A stretch of DNA of 64,000 nucleotides, taken from the NCBI GenBank assembly GCA_951406725.2, contig OX597822.1, forward strand, positions 60,698,001 to 60,762,000, in the 5' to 3' direction. Positions 51,801 through 64,000 of the stretch are shown here, piece by piece. The notes below the pieces were generated by a model. That model was not told the DNA's origin. It was given only the letters and a program-made list of their open reading frames with translations, and did no database searches. This stretch comes from Octopus vulgaris. Taxonomy: Eukaryota. How positions within the stretch are numbered: position 1 is the stretch's first letter; each line of letters opens with the position of its first letter. The position numbers and the translations under genes are program-made.

Positions 51801-53488
51801 GTCAAACGGAAAACACATCAATTGACTTAGCAAAGCCATGTTGATTCTTAAGTTTGGATGAGTTCGTGTGCCGTGGGGAGAAGAGAAATTTGGCATTTCG
51901 GAACTGTCCCTTCGTCTCAAAACAACACAAATCACTGTCGGATGTTGCTACATATCGCTGGTCACAATGCGCTTCCTCGCATTGTTGTAGATTCTGAGTG
52001 ATGCCACCCTGAGGCTAGACGGGTGGGGTTGCCCATTTAAAACTGTGTCGATCGTAGTAACGTGAAACGAAGCCTTTTGCTCAAAACCTTTTCCTTTACA
52101 TGCAACTCTTTTCTCATGAGAAGAATATCTCCTCCTCATTTTATAACTCTCCCGTCTTTTTCTTACCATTTCACCATCGTCACATCAACAGAGACATTAA
52201 GGCTGCACAGTAGCAGTCGACAAGGCATGTATAACGATTAAAAAAAAAAAATTTGTCTATATCTTCGATCACTGTCATTATTCCATTGAGTCAACCTCAT
52301 TATTTTCTACATAGCAGACCGTTACATAAACAGGCAAAGGTAATCTTTCGTTTTAACTCGAAATAATGTAAACACTGAATCGGCCATTACATACATACAC
52401 ACACACACATACACACACACATACACACACACATACATACACACATACATAGATACATACACACACATACATACATGCATACATACATATACACATACAC
52501 CGAGTAAAAAATTTCAGTTATCTCTCTCTTTCACACATTACTCTGTCTCTTCACACACACTAACAGAAGCACTTCACTTACACAACATACTTTCTGTCTC
52601 CCACACCCCATCAAACACACACACACACACACACATGTACATCAATGCTCCCATGCACGGTAACTTCAAAAGAACTTCCCTCGTCATACAATCGCTTTCT
52701 CTTAGTCTCTTTCGCTCTCATTACTTCAAAAGTTCCCGCAAGCCCATATGTAAAAACAAAAGTTTTTTACGGAAATCGACGGAAAGGTCTACTAGAGACG
52801 AAAGATTGCCATAATTTTTTTACACAAAGTAAATAACTTTTTGGCACTGTCATGCTCTTAGCTGTCAGAAGTGAAAGTAGAAAAATCTGACGTCAACTTC
52901 GTGTATTTACGTCAGGTTTATACCTTCGTTAATTTACGCCGTTTATTTACGTACCACCACGCTGTTAGGTTTATAAAACAATTGAAGTTCAGTTTAAAGT
53001 TTATAAATAAATACATTTCATTCCATGTTCTGTTTAAACTTTATAAATAAATATATTCTTGCATTATTCATTATTGTTTTTAAAAAAGAAATCACACCAA
53101 ATCTGCACAAATGACCATCCCCACCACCACGACCGCAATCACACACCAATCATACACACGTGTGTGTGTATATGTGGCTATATGTCTGACTAATGTGTGT
53201 GTGTCTGTATTTATTGTGTGTGTATAAGTAGTTATATGCTTATATTATCCATTATAGTAATATTTGTCTGTTGAAATCCGTTTTAAGGCGGTCAATAGTT
53301 TAATTAAAGATGTGTCTATATATATATATATATATATATACAAAAAGCAATAAAGATTCAAGTTAATTTAAATGAATTTACTTGAATATGGTACCTAACT
53401 TAGATGCACCAAAAAAAACTATACTGATTTAACAATACAGTAATGTGGGGTGATTATAAGCGAGAATGAAGCAACAAGAATGGATAGG

Positions 53489-53578
53489 TTTTAGTACAAT
53501 CGTTTCATACAAGGACAGGTTTTATTAAAAGTTGCAAAATTACAGCATATAAACGTGTCCCGTACTCATCAGCTAAAA
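53489..53578 (-). ncRNA. Type I hammerhead ribozyme (predicted)
   Basis: Inverted copy of 54379..54469. Confidence 0.8.
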
Positions 53579-54378
53579 TACATGTGAGTTCTCTAGACAT
53601 CCTAGTGGTTGAGGCTATACTCATGAAGTAATGTAGATAATTAAGTAACATAAACAGATTTCAAAAGTTCATTAAAGTTCTTTAAAGATGATGTACAGTC
53701 TTATCACAGAATTTTAAAAAAGTCTTAATAGTATCACAGAGAAGGTGACCTAATCCATAGTTCACATATGAATTTCCAGAGATATGATGAGGGATTACAT
53801 ACTCACAGAAGAAAAATTTATCCATTGTTAATTACAACGAGGTGGGTTTCAATTCCTGCTTATTAGCATTACAGAGAGGGTGAATTAATCCTTTGTATAG
53901 ATGCACAATTTCCAATGGTGTAGGTGTAAATTTCCAAGGAATTTCATATTCACAGGCGATAAATTTATCAATGGTTGAACACAATGATAAATTTATCGCC
54001 TGTGAATATGAAATTCCTTGGAAATTTACACCTACACCATTGGAAATTGTGCATCTATACAAAGGATTAATTCACCCTCTCTGTAATGCTAATAAGCAGG
54101 AATTGAAACCCACCTCGTTGTAATTAACAATGGATAAATTTTTCTTCTGTGAGTATGTAATCCCTCATCATATCTCTGGAAATTCATATGTGAACTATGG
54201 ATTAGGTCACCTTCTCTGTGATACTATTAAGACTTTTTTTTAAAATTCTGTGATAAGACTGTACATCATCTTTAAAGAACTTTAATGAACTTTTGAAATC
54301 TGTTTATGTTACTTAATTATCTACATTACTTCATGAGTATAGCCTCAACCACTAGGATGTCTAGAGAACTCACATGTA

Positions 54379-54469
54379 TTTTAGCTGATGAGTACGGGAC
54401 ACGTTTATATGCTGTAATTTTTGCAACTTTTAATAAAACCTGTCCTTGTATGAAACGATTGTACTAAAA
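54379..54469 (+). ncRNA. Type I hammerhead ribozyme with extended stem II (predicted)
   Basis: ttttag-CTGATGA(54385)-gtacgggaca...tgtccttgtat-GAAA(54452)-cgattg-TA-ctaaaa: perfect 6-bp stem I and GUA site. Confidence 0.82.
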
Positions 54470-54498
54470 CCTATCCATTCTTGTTGCTTCATTCTCGC

Positions 54499-54546
<48 letters not shown>

Positions 54547-54640
54547 CAGCAAAATTAAGGAACGGCCATAATAGGCCGTTCAACCCACTAGAAATAGCAG
54601 CCAAGGCTTCAACCTGAATCTTTTGCTACCCTATATTGAA

Positions 54641-54699
<59 letters not shown>

Positions 54700-56220
54700 A
54701 TATATACATGTGTATGTGTATATATACATGTGTATACATATATACATTTGTAATGTATACACATGTATATATACACATGTATATATATATATATATATGT
54801 ATACACATGTATATATATATATATACATGTATAGACACATCTTTAATTAAACTATTGACCGCCTTAAAACGGATTTCAACAGACAAATATTACTATAATG
54901 GATAATATAAGCATATAACTACTTATACACACATACAATAAATACAGACACACACACATTAGTCAAATACACGAAGTTGACGTCAGATTTTTCTACTTTC
55001 ACTTCTGACAGCTAATAGCATGACAGTGCCAATTTTTTTAAAACAAAGTAAATAAAACACAAAATAAGGATCGACAAGTCACGACTAGCTAGCGCGGATG
55101 CGCGAGTTCGCGACTGCGCGCACCGGGACCACCGCTCTTAAGCAGTACCACACAATGGTGGACTGACGAATTGTTAGAACTCTTCGTTCGATGATCAAAC
55201 CCCGCCAGCATCATCTTTCCCCTTCCTCCTTCAGGATTTTGATAGCCAAACATTAGGATTGATGGTATCGACTAGCATAACTACAGGTGCATATCCCCAC
55301 CCGACTTTGTTGCCTCATAACTTCCAGAAAAATAGATACTTTTTAACGAAATTATCAACAAATAATCGCTGAGATCCTGTAGATAGAGAGTATGTAAAGA
55401 TTTGTTGGAAAAACATTTTTGGAGGGGTTAGGGAGAGGAGTTTCGGAAAATTCACACGACCCGACATTTTTCCCTTCATAACTTTCAGGAAAATGCGTAT
55501 TCTTTATTGAAATTTTATACAAATATTTTTCAAACGCTGTAGATTACGATTACAAAGAAATCTGTAGGCAAAACCTTTTTGGTAGGGGGCTTGGTGGGGA
55601 GTTTCTGGAAAACGGAATTTCGGATCAAACGGCCCGCATAAGTTGGAATTTCTCAGTTTTGAAGATTTTTTCACATCTTTTCATGAAATATAGGAAAAAA
55701 AATTTAACCAAAATTTTCTTTAATTCATGATTTTTTGTCTTTCACTCCAATCACCCCAGTCCGGACCGATTTTGTTAACTTTATTTTTCTTCACTACGCC
55801 CTTAAAACCGTAAGAGAAAAATTTTCGGTTAAAAAAAAAAACTTAATAATTACAGAGGAAAATGTATGATTTAAGGGAGATTTGGCTGTCATTTCTAGCA
55901 CATCCCAAGACCTCCCTTCTCTTTCCTTTCTCACTCTCACATCAATTGATGTTTTTCCATATTTTTCTCCCTATAAACATGTTTTATGGATGATGCCAAA
56001 GTAAGACACGCGTAGTCTATTGGACACTACTTAAATGCAGAGGTCACGACGCATCTATGTAACGATATTTATATCGTTACATAGAAGTAATCTAGTTTTA
56101 CCAACATGGTTAACAGTATTGTATTTCGGGACGGTCATTTCTTTTTTTTTTTTTGCCAAATAAACACACACACTATATTTTTTCTTTCTTCACTCATTTA
56201 TTACTGTTCTTATTTTATTA

Positions 56221-59030
56221 ATAATAATAATAATAATAATAATAATGAAATTATTGTATACAGTGCTCAGGTGCACCACAACTTGTTGGACAGTGCATAT
56301 AAAGCACGTACAAATGTCTGGAAAGCGAAGAATGCATGAGTCAGATACATGCTTGTGTGTGTATGGAGGGGAGAAAATCAGGTGTAGTGTTGGCGAATCT
56401 CAGAAAGCATGGAAGTTTTGAAGGATGCAGTGCTCCGACAACTAACAACTGATGCCGGCAGTTTGTTCCATGCTTCAGCAACTCTCAGCGTGAAAAAATG
56501 TTTCCTGAAAGTCATGGGAGCTGTGCTGTTTTCTGACTTTGTAAATATGTCCACGGGTGTTAGATGGGTGGAGTTTGAAAAGGTGCTCAGAGTTATTGTT
56601 TGTACGATGGTTGATAATTTTATGGGTGTCTGCCAAGTCAGTTGCCAGACGTCGGAGTTTCAATGTGTCCATGCCCAGGGAAGTAAGGCGTTCAGAATAT
56701 GGCAAATGCCTGATGGAGGGTATTCTTTTGGTTACACGTCACTGAACGGCTTCCAGACGATTGATATCCTGGGCAAGATAGGGGTTCCAGACCGGTGATG
56801 CAAATTCCAGGCGAGGTTTTACCATAGCTATATAAAGCCGCAGATAGATAGTCAGAGAGCGGCTCACAAAGTTTTTGGTGAGTGATGCCAAGACACCCTC
56901 AGCCTTCTTGACAATTTTACCGATGTGTTTTGTCCAATGCAAATCACTGTCGACAATAACACCCAGGTCACGTTCACATGAAGACTTTTTGAGACTAGTG
57001 TTGTGGAGGGAGTAGGTGGACGCTGGGTTTCTCCTCCCAAAATGCATAGTGGTACATTTGTCCACAGCCAGCTTGAGTTGCCAGTCTATGATCCACTGCT
57101 GCATTGTGTCCAGGTCTGCTTGCAATAGAGATCTATAGTGTACAGGATCTGACCTCTTTATTTCGAGGTACAGCTTGATGTCATCTGCATATTTCAGCAC
57201 TGTGGAATTCTTTAAGTTGGCATCTATGTCATTAACATATGCAACAAATAAAAGGGGGCCAAGAACAGATCCCTGTGGTACACCAGATGTTATCTCATAG
57301 GGCAAAGATTGCTGTCCTAGAACTGTGACAACCTCTTTTCGGTCGAAAATAAAGGACTTCAACCAGTTATAGAGTTCGTCTCTTACGCCCAACGCAGAGA
57401 GCTTCACCATAAGTCTTTTGTGTGGCACAGAGTTAAAAGCCTCAGCAAAGTCCAGGTAAACAAAATCCACCCAGGATCCGCGATCAGTGATTTGGGTAAC
57501 GTCCTCAAGAAACTCGATGAGTTGATTACAGCAGCTGGAGTTAGGAATAAATCCAAACTGTGATGGCTGGATGAGGCTGTGAGACTTCCAGAAGTTCCAG
57601 AGGGTTTCTCTGATACAGGATTCCATCAGTTTGGCGATGCAGTTAGTAAGACTAATGGGGCGATAGTTGACAGGCGATGTGCGGTTGCCTTTTTTGAACA
57701 GAGGGATAACACTGGCAGTTTTCCACTGTTCTGGAGTAACACCATTGTCAAGACAAAATTGGAAGAATAGAGAAAGTTGGCTTAGAAGAAAGTACCCACC
57801 GCGTTTGAGAAGTACGTATATAACACCATCGAGACCAGGAGAGGCATAGTTGCGTTTATTCTTAAGGTGGCGTTGTAGCATTGCTGGTGTAAATTGCATA
57901 GTAGATATAGAGTCCGATGTCAGTGGTGATGAAGTTGGAACATTTTGGTCTTCGACAGTAAAGATGCCGGCATAACATCCAGCAATGATTTCTGCACATT
58001 CTTCGGGATTGCCAGTAATCTGTCCTGTGTGGAGATTGCGAAGGGGACCAACTGGAGAGTGGGGTCTCTGCTTTGAGTGCACATACTTCCAGAACACTTT
58101 GCTGTCAGGGTTAGTTGCAATGCGTTGTTCAAATTCAAGCACTGCCTTTTTTGTCACCTGCTTGAGGTGGTTGGCTGACCTATTGCGCTTTTTCCTGTTG
58201 CCCTCTGATTTGTGCAATTTGTATTCCTGTTCAGCATTACGGCGTTCTTTCCTGGCAAGTCGGACTGCTGCAGTCTCCCAAATTGTACTATTGTGTGTTT
58301 TTTTGTGCTTGCGTGGTACTGATGCTGCACATGCTGCACATGCCGCCCATATTGAATTCAGAATGTTCTGGAGTATAGTGTCCACATCTTCAGAGGCATA
58401 AAATTCGAGCCAGTTTGGGCGTTGCAGCTCAGTTCAATAAGAGCTCCAGTCTGCTTTATTCCAGTCAAAGCGGGCAGTCTGAAGATGGTTGTGTTTTTTG
58501 TTACAACCAATCAGAGATAAGTCGACCATGATCATGGAATGATCAGAGTTACCTAAAGGTTCTTCAGTAGTGACACTAATGATTGTTTCAGGAGATGCAG
58601 TAAGTAGCAGATCCAAAGTGTTGTTGCCCCTTGTTGGGGAAGTAACAACTTGGAACCAATTTGAATTCAGCACCAGTTCAAGGAAATCGTCTGCACTTTG
58701 TGGCCAACGGAAGGCCTCCCAGTCAATCTCAGGGAAATTGAAGTCGCCTGCAATATAAACATACACGGCTGTTTTCATGGTAGCAGCTCTGAGGATATCA
58801 AAAAGCTGTGTGTCTTGACGATAATTTGGGGGGGGGGGGGGGCCGGTAAACGACTCCAAGCAGAAGTGTTGACGTGGTCATGTGTATACTGCAGAAAAAT
58901 ACTTCCTGCTGAGATTGGTTCAAATCATTACTTTAACTCGTGTCCATTGTCCAGAAATATCTGTGACTTCTTCAGCGACACTTCGTTTTCGTGTGTGTTC
59001 TTGCACCACTTCAAAGGTTATTAGGTTTTG
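56221..59030 (-). mobile_element. CR1-type LINE, most of ORF2 (APE endonuclease + RT), disrupted
   Basis: AGDFNFPEIDW, PTRGNNTLDL, SDH (endonuclease); NYRPISLT, GVPQGSVLGPLLF, YADD (RT, ORF 56739..58385); (att)n tail. Confidence 0.95.
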
Positions 59031-59049
59031 GTAAAACTAGATTACCTTT

Positions 59050-59325
59050 AGATGGATGGATGAATGGATGGATTGGATTGGATTAGATTGGGTGGCTGGA
59101 TGGATAGGTCTGGTGGTTGATGTATATATATATGTATGTATATGTTGTTTATACATTATGTAGATGTCCTGTTAGACCGATCATACCATGATAGACCGGA
59201 TGGATGGATGGATTGGATTGGATTGGATTGGGTGGATAGATGGATGGATAGGTCTGGTGTTTGATGTGTATATATTTGTATATATATGTTGTTTATACAT
59301 TATGTAGATGGTCTGTTAGACAGAC
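59050..59325. repeat. Tandem duplication (about 140 bp) containing GGAT/GGATT microsatellite
   Basis: ggataggtctggtg.ttgatgt...gttgtttatacattatgtagatg occurs twice. Confidence 0.7.
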
Positions 59326-60438
59326 CTATCATATCATGTCTACTTAATATAATGAACACCAGTAAAGTACTGGGGTTCATCATATTAACTAACCCCTCCA
59401 TTCAAAATTCTTGGCCTTGTGCCTAAATGAGAAGTCCAAGGCTGGTGGATTGATAGAATCATTAGCGCATCAGAAAAATGCTTTGCAATGTTTGTTCCAG
59501 CTCTTTACCTTTTGGGTTCAAATCTTACTGAGGTGAACTTTGCCTTTCATCCTTTCAGAGGCTAATAAAATAAATTGCAAGTCAGTTACTGGAATTGACG
59601 GTATTTACTAACTTGTCATTACCACCACCCTCAAAATTATTGGTCTGATGCCTAAAACAGAAACCATTGTTGTTATTACTATTGCTTAGTAACATTTCTT
59701 CAGCTTTTTGTGTTCTGAATACAAACTCCACTGAGGTTTACTTTACCCTTTTGTCCTTTCAGAGTGATAAAATAAGTACCAGTTGAGTACAGTGGTTGAT
59801 GAAATCAACTCCCACCACCACCACCACCACTACTACTAATACTGCTACTACTACTAACAAAACAACAACAAATGCCCTGATGCAATTCCAGCCATTGGTT
59901 CTCAGGGCTCCTGATCTTAACTGATTGGAAGTGTTATCATGTTTTGTCTTGGTGTAAAAGATAGGCTACAGCAAATATTCTGCTCAATACCACAGATTTG
60001 CTTGTCTGTTGCATTTGAGCATCTCTTAGTGGCTGATGATAAGTGCATCTCTGATTACGAGCAGAAGTAGTGAGAGAGCAACATGTGTTGAGAGCAATTC
60101 TTTAGAGTTTGAATAATTCACCTCTGGAAACAGGAGTGTCTTGTTCAAATGCTTAAGCAACCCTTATTCAGGGACCATTTGAGCAGGATGGGCTTGTCAA
60201 CCTGAAGAAAATTCTAACTGGCCCCTACCTGCAAGGTCATGCACTGTTCATCTTGATAAGAGATCACCATGTCATGCACATATGGTTGTGATGCATCACT
60301 ATTCATCACAACTACCAGGATGCTTTCTTCTGTTTCCCTGAACTAGCAAGTTATGCATCACTTCTACCATAATCCACCTGACGCTCTGATGTGCCTAGAT
60401 TTCCTATCATCATCTTTACTGTGTCCATATGCTAAATA

Positions 60439-60980
60439 TTGGTTTGTCCGGAAAGCTCATGCCAATTTATAGTAGCTTGGTTGAGTCCATAAAATAGGAC
60501 TTGACTACACCTCCATTTAGAGCACAGTTTGAGCTATCTTTTCGTGGAAGAAGGTTTCTGTTCCTATAACCTGTGTTAATTCTGTAACCCTTTAAAATGA
60601 AAGATAAGAAAGTTCATTTTCGGCACTTGATGCTTTGGGAACCAGACAAAAATTGCTGCAGCTTGGTTGAAATGTGTTACCTCACCCTCCATATTCACAA
60701 GATATTGCTCCTTCAGATTTCCACTTATTCAGGTCTCTGCAGGATAGTCTTAATGGTAAAAATTTCAGTTCCTTGGATGATGTAAAAAGATACCTTGATG
60801 AATTCTTTGCCATAGAATGACTTCAATTCTGGGAAGAGGTTATTTTCAAGTTAAAGGAAAGATGGAGATGCATTGTGCAACAAAATGGTTCATATGTGGT
60901 TGATTAAAAATGTAATGGCAAGTATTTATTGACCTTTTTCTTTCCTTTAAGAATTGGCACAAACTTTCCGGACAGCCCAA
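60439..60980 (+). mobile_element. Internally deleted mariner element
   Basis: TIR ttggtttgtccggaaag / ctttccggacagcccaa with TA flanks; MKDKKVHFRH start and HPPYSQDIAPSDFHLF motif. Confidence 0.88.
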
Positions 60981-63900
60981 TACTTTCAGTTAATCATCCA
61001 GCTACAGAACTACTTCCATGCTTTATCTGCATTTTCTTTATAAACATATGGGTATTTAAGTTTAATATCACTTCTGTCAATCAGTCTGTTGTCCTTCATA
61101 CTCTAACAAAATAATTAAAAAGCAGTCATTTCTTACTATATATCATGTAATAATTAACAGTTTAGTTAACTACATTGCAATTTATTTCTCCAGCCAAAAT
61201 CTCACCGTATCAAGATTGTTGTTTGGTAAGTTTGTTGTTATCTATATCAAACTTAAGTATGTTCTATCTGTTACAATACAACAGGCAGTCTCTGTAATGC
61301 TTCAAACACATCTAAGTAAATCAGTAAAACACCAGAGCTCTAATAAAAAACACCAAAAATACAGACACTGGAAACAACTCCAGTCAAAGCTAGACACATG
61401 TACAACATACAATGATAGCTCAACATGCTAGAAATGGCAACTAGATCTCTCTTATACAACACCCTACCATCTTAAAATAAAAGTGAACACATTGGACAGT
61501 CCTGGATTTTTTGCACACAGGAAAAGGAGTAGATAGTCATAGGTATTCTTCAGTTAGGTGCTGATAAGGCATATAAACACATCAACAACATGCAAGAACT
61601 CTACTACGGCAACAAGACAAATCCCACTGAAACACTACTACTGTACCAACAACACACCACCACATTACTACAACATAAGCACCACACCAAAACACTACTA
61701 CAACACCAGCACATAACACTGTTATAACACCAAAGCATGTATACATGCACTACAACCCAACCTACCCCTTCAAACACCCAGACGCACTGACACTATACAA
61801 GAACACCACTGCTGCAATATCAATCCATACTGCCACTATAACACTCCGGAAATATCTAGGCACAAATAGGATAATCTAGAACACTAATATAACACCAATA
61901 CATACAGTCACACAATCACTACATAACCAATACATAAAATCACCACACCACCAATTCACATGGTTCCTACACCACCAGTGCAAAGCTTGTACAGCACCAA
62001 CACACTAGCAGGCTATCCAATGCTACATAGCTCATTCAGCACCCCAAACGTCTAGATATAGCAATATACAAGAGCATTATGGACTAACAAGGGAGCTTCT
62101 CTGTGATCATTCAACATACTAGAAACAGCAGCCATATTTCCCTCAAACCTCAAATTATCTTAAAAAAGAAGTGCACATTGGATAATGTAATATTGAATAT
62201 GTTGTCTGAAAATAATATTGGATGGCTATGTTTGGAACATCACTGCACGTAGCTCTGCATAATTGAGAGTTACTCTGTGATACACAGTAATAACAACAAG
62301 ACCTCCAACTCTATACTCAAAAGGCTGGCATCAAGTATTTGAAATAGATATGACAAATTTAATTTCTGTCAATACTGTTTGATATATAAATGAATAACAC
62401 AACACCCTCTTCTTCTGATCAATTAATTGGTATTTCTAGTCATCAAATATCAAACAGTTGACTCTAGTTAGCCACTACTACACAAAAATATCTGTCATTA
62501 TATTTAGAGATATTTAAGGCTGCAAGCTGGAAGTGTCATTAGCGCGCTGTGTAAAATGTTTTGCGGTATTTCGTCTGCTTCCACGTTCTAAGTTCAAATT
62601 CTGCTAAGGTTGATTTTGCCTTTCATCCTTTCAGGGTCGATGAAATAAGAACCAGTTACATACTGGGGTCGATGTAATCAACTAGCTCCCTTCCCCAAAA
62701 AATTTTCATGGCCTTGTGCCTAGAGTAGAAATAATATATTTAGAGATATTTAGCTTGGCAAGCTGATAGAATCATTAGAGTGTCAGAAAAAAGATACCTT
62801 GTGGTGTTTGTTCCAGCTCTTTATATTATGAGTTCAAATCCCACTGTGTTTAAATTTCCTTTCATCTTTTCAGGGTTGATAAAATAAAGTATCAATCAAG
62901 TACTGGTGTCAATGGTATTGACTTAAACTTTTCCCTCAAAATTACTGAGTTTGTACTTAAATCCGAAACATTTATGAATTTACAGATAATACCTTGTGTG
63001 TACACAAATAGATGTACAACTGCTACTATTGTACTTAGAGTTCCATGTAGTTTATCATATTCCAGTCTGCTACCAGTATGGTAGTTAGGTAATTACTGCC
63101 TCTCCATCTATCCATCTCTTGACATTAGTTCACTGTAACAATGTAATAAAGTTCCTTGATGATCCATTCTGGTTAAGCATCCATATGTGCTTGGAATGCA
63201 GGTTCCAAGCAACCATAATAGTGAAATGTACATAAGAACTAATATGTAAACCTGTCTTTATTTTTATTTCTCCTACATTTAGTGATATAAAAAATTTACT
63301 TGTCCAACTTATTCAAATAATATTTTAGGAGAGAGAATTTGTTTTTATAATAAATGATTCTATGTGTGAATGGAATGGTTTGAAACTTCATGAGATATAT
63401 ATTTAATTTTTCTCACTTTTGTCTTTTGTTGCCTATGTTGAAATAACCACAGGAATGACTTGAACCCAGAACAATCAGAAACACTTATGAAAGCTCCAAC
63501 ACTGAAAAAAGTAAAAGAGTAAGTATCTTTTGTTGAAAACTGGAATTCATCATACTAGCATTTCTGCAGATTCACCCTTTGCAGTGGAACCAGGTATAGT
63601 GTTTATTTTCTGTCCTTCATAGTTTTCAGTTTAAAGGAGAGTTGCTTTAGCATCTATAAATGAACAATGCCAGAAATTTGTGGGGAGGGTTTGATTAAAT
63701 CAACCCTAGTTTTATCAACCCTGGAAAGATAAAAGACAGAGCTGACCATGGCAGGATTTGAACTCAGAATGTGAACAGCCATAAAAAATATCACTGTGTA
63801 TTTTTATTTTCTGATGCTTTAACTATTTTGCCACCTTGTGCCTCTATAAATAATGGAATCTCTTCTGTATTAGATAATATTTCCACTTCCATCTAACTCT

Positions 63901-64000
63901 ATCCTCTGCTTCTTTTAATCTTACTGTAACAAACTCTATTTAAGCCAACACAGAAACTTCTACACATAATCCAAGTACAGATCCCTTGTATGCTTACATG

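Larger units (their letters stand above)
53341..54498. mobile_element. Near-perfect palindrome (about 510-bp arms, 14-nt spacer) of a hammerhead-bearing Penelope-like 3' end, inserted in (TA)n
   Basis: Arms 53460..53970 and 53985..54498; the left arm has an extra 3' tail to 53341; TA tracts on both sides. Confidence 0.85.
49321..55149. mobile_element. Non-autonomous foldback DNA transposon (83-bp GG-starting TIRs, 9-bp TSD; Merlin- or Mutator-like)
   Basis: TIR ggtactacttaag...gtcgatcct (49321..49403) inverted at 55067..55149; TSD acacagtgg / acacaatgg; three internal inverted-repeat systems. Confidence 0.8.

Noticed and set aside
54333-54366. SECIS-like ATGA...AA...GA hairpin upstream of the hammerhead
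   Set aside because: The stem is short and mismatched and no in-frame UGA ORF is visible; it would need SECISearch on a family consensus.

Overview
Eukaryotic, AT-rich, repeat-dense genomic DNA. The SINE/LINE families and a divergent 18S fragment suggest an octopod cephalopod (inference). One host gene is reconstructed by hand and is almost invisible in the ORF track: a minus-strand CFAP119/CCDC189 (CLAMP-domain ciliary/flagellar protein) with 9 phase-compatible GT-AG coding exons from 48730 to 14000 (about 264-286 aa) and an RFX X-box about 80 bp upstream of the ATG. The rest is mostly mobile DNA: CR1-type, RTE and Tx1-like LINEs, tRNA-derived SINEs, Tc1/mariner, hAT, Helitron-like elements, a Gypsy integrase remnant and a 5.8-kb nested foldback element with a 9-bp TSD. 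The most unusual signal is a set of at least three unrelated small, essentially non-coding elements with one architecture: head-to-head foldback copies whose 3' ends mostly run out into (TA)n tracts, carrying minimal type I hammerhead ribozyme cores (intact near 29.0/29.5 kb and 53.5/54.4 kb; decayed and fused to a tRNA-like head at 12.9 kb). They resemble Penelope-like pseudo-LTRs or retrozymes. Also notable is a TSD-flanked chimeric retrocopy joining an antisense 18S rRNA fragment to an RTE LINE 3' tail. All calls are by eye; no database searches or folding programs were run.
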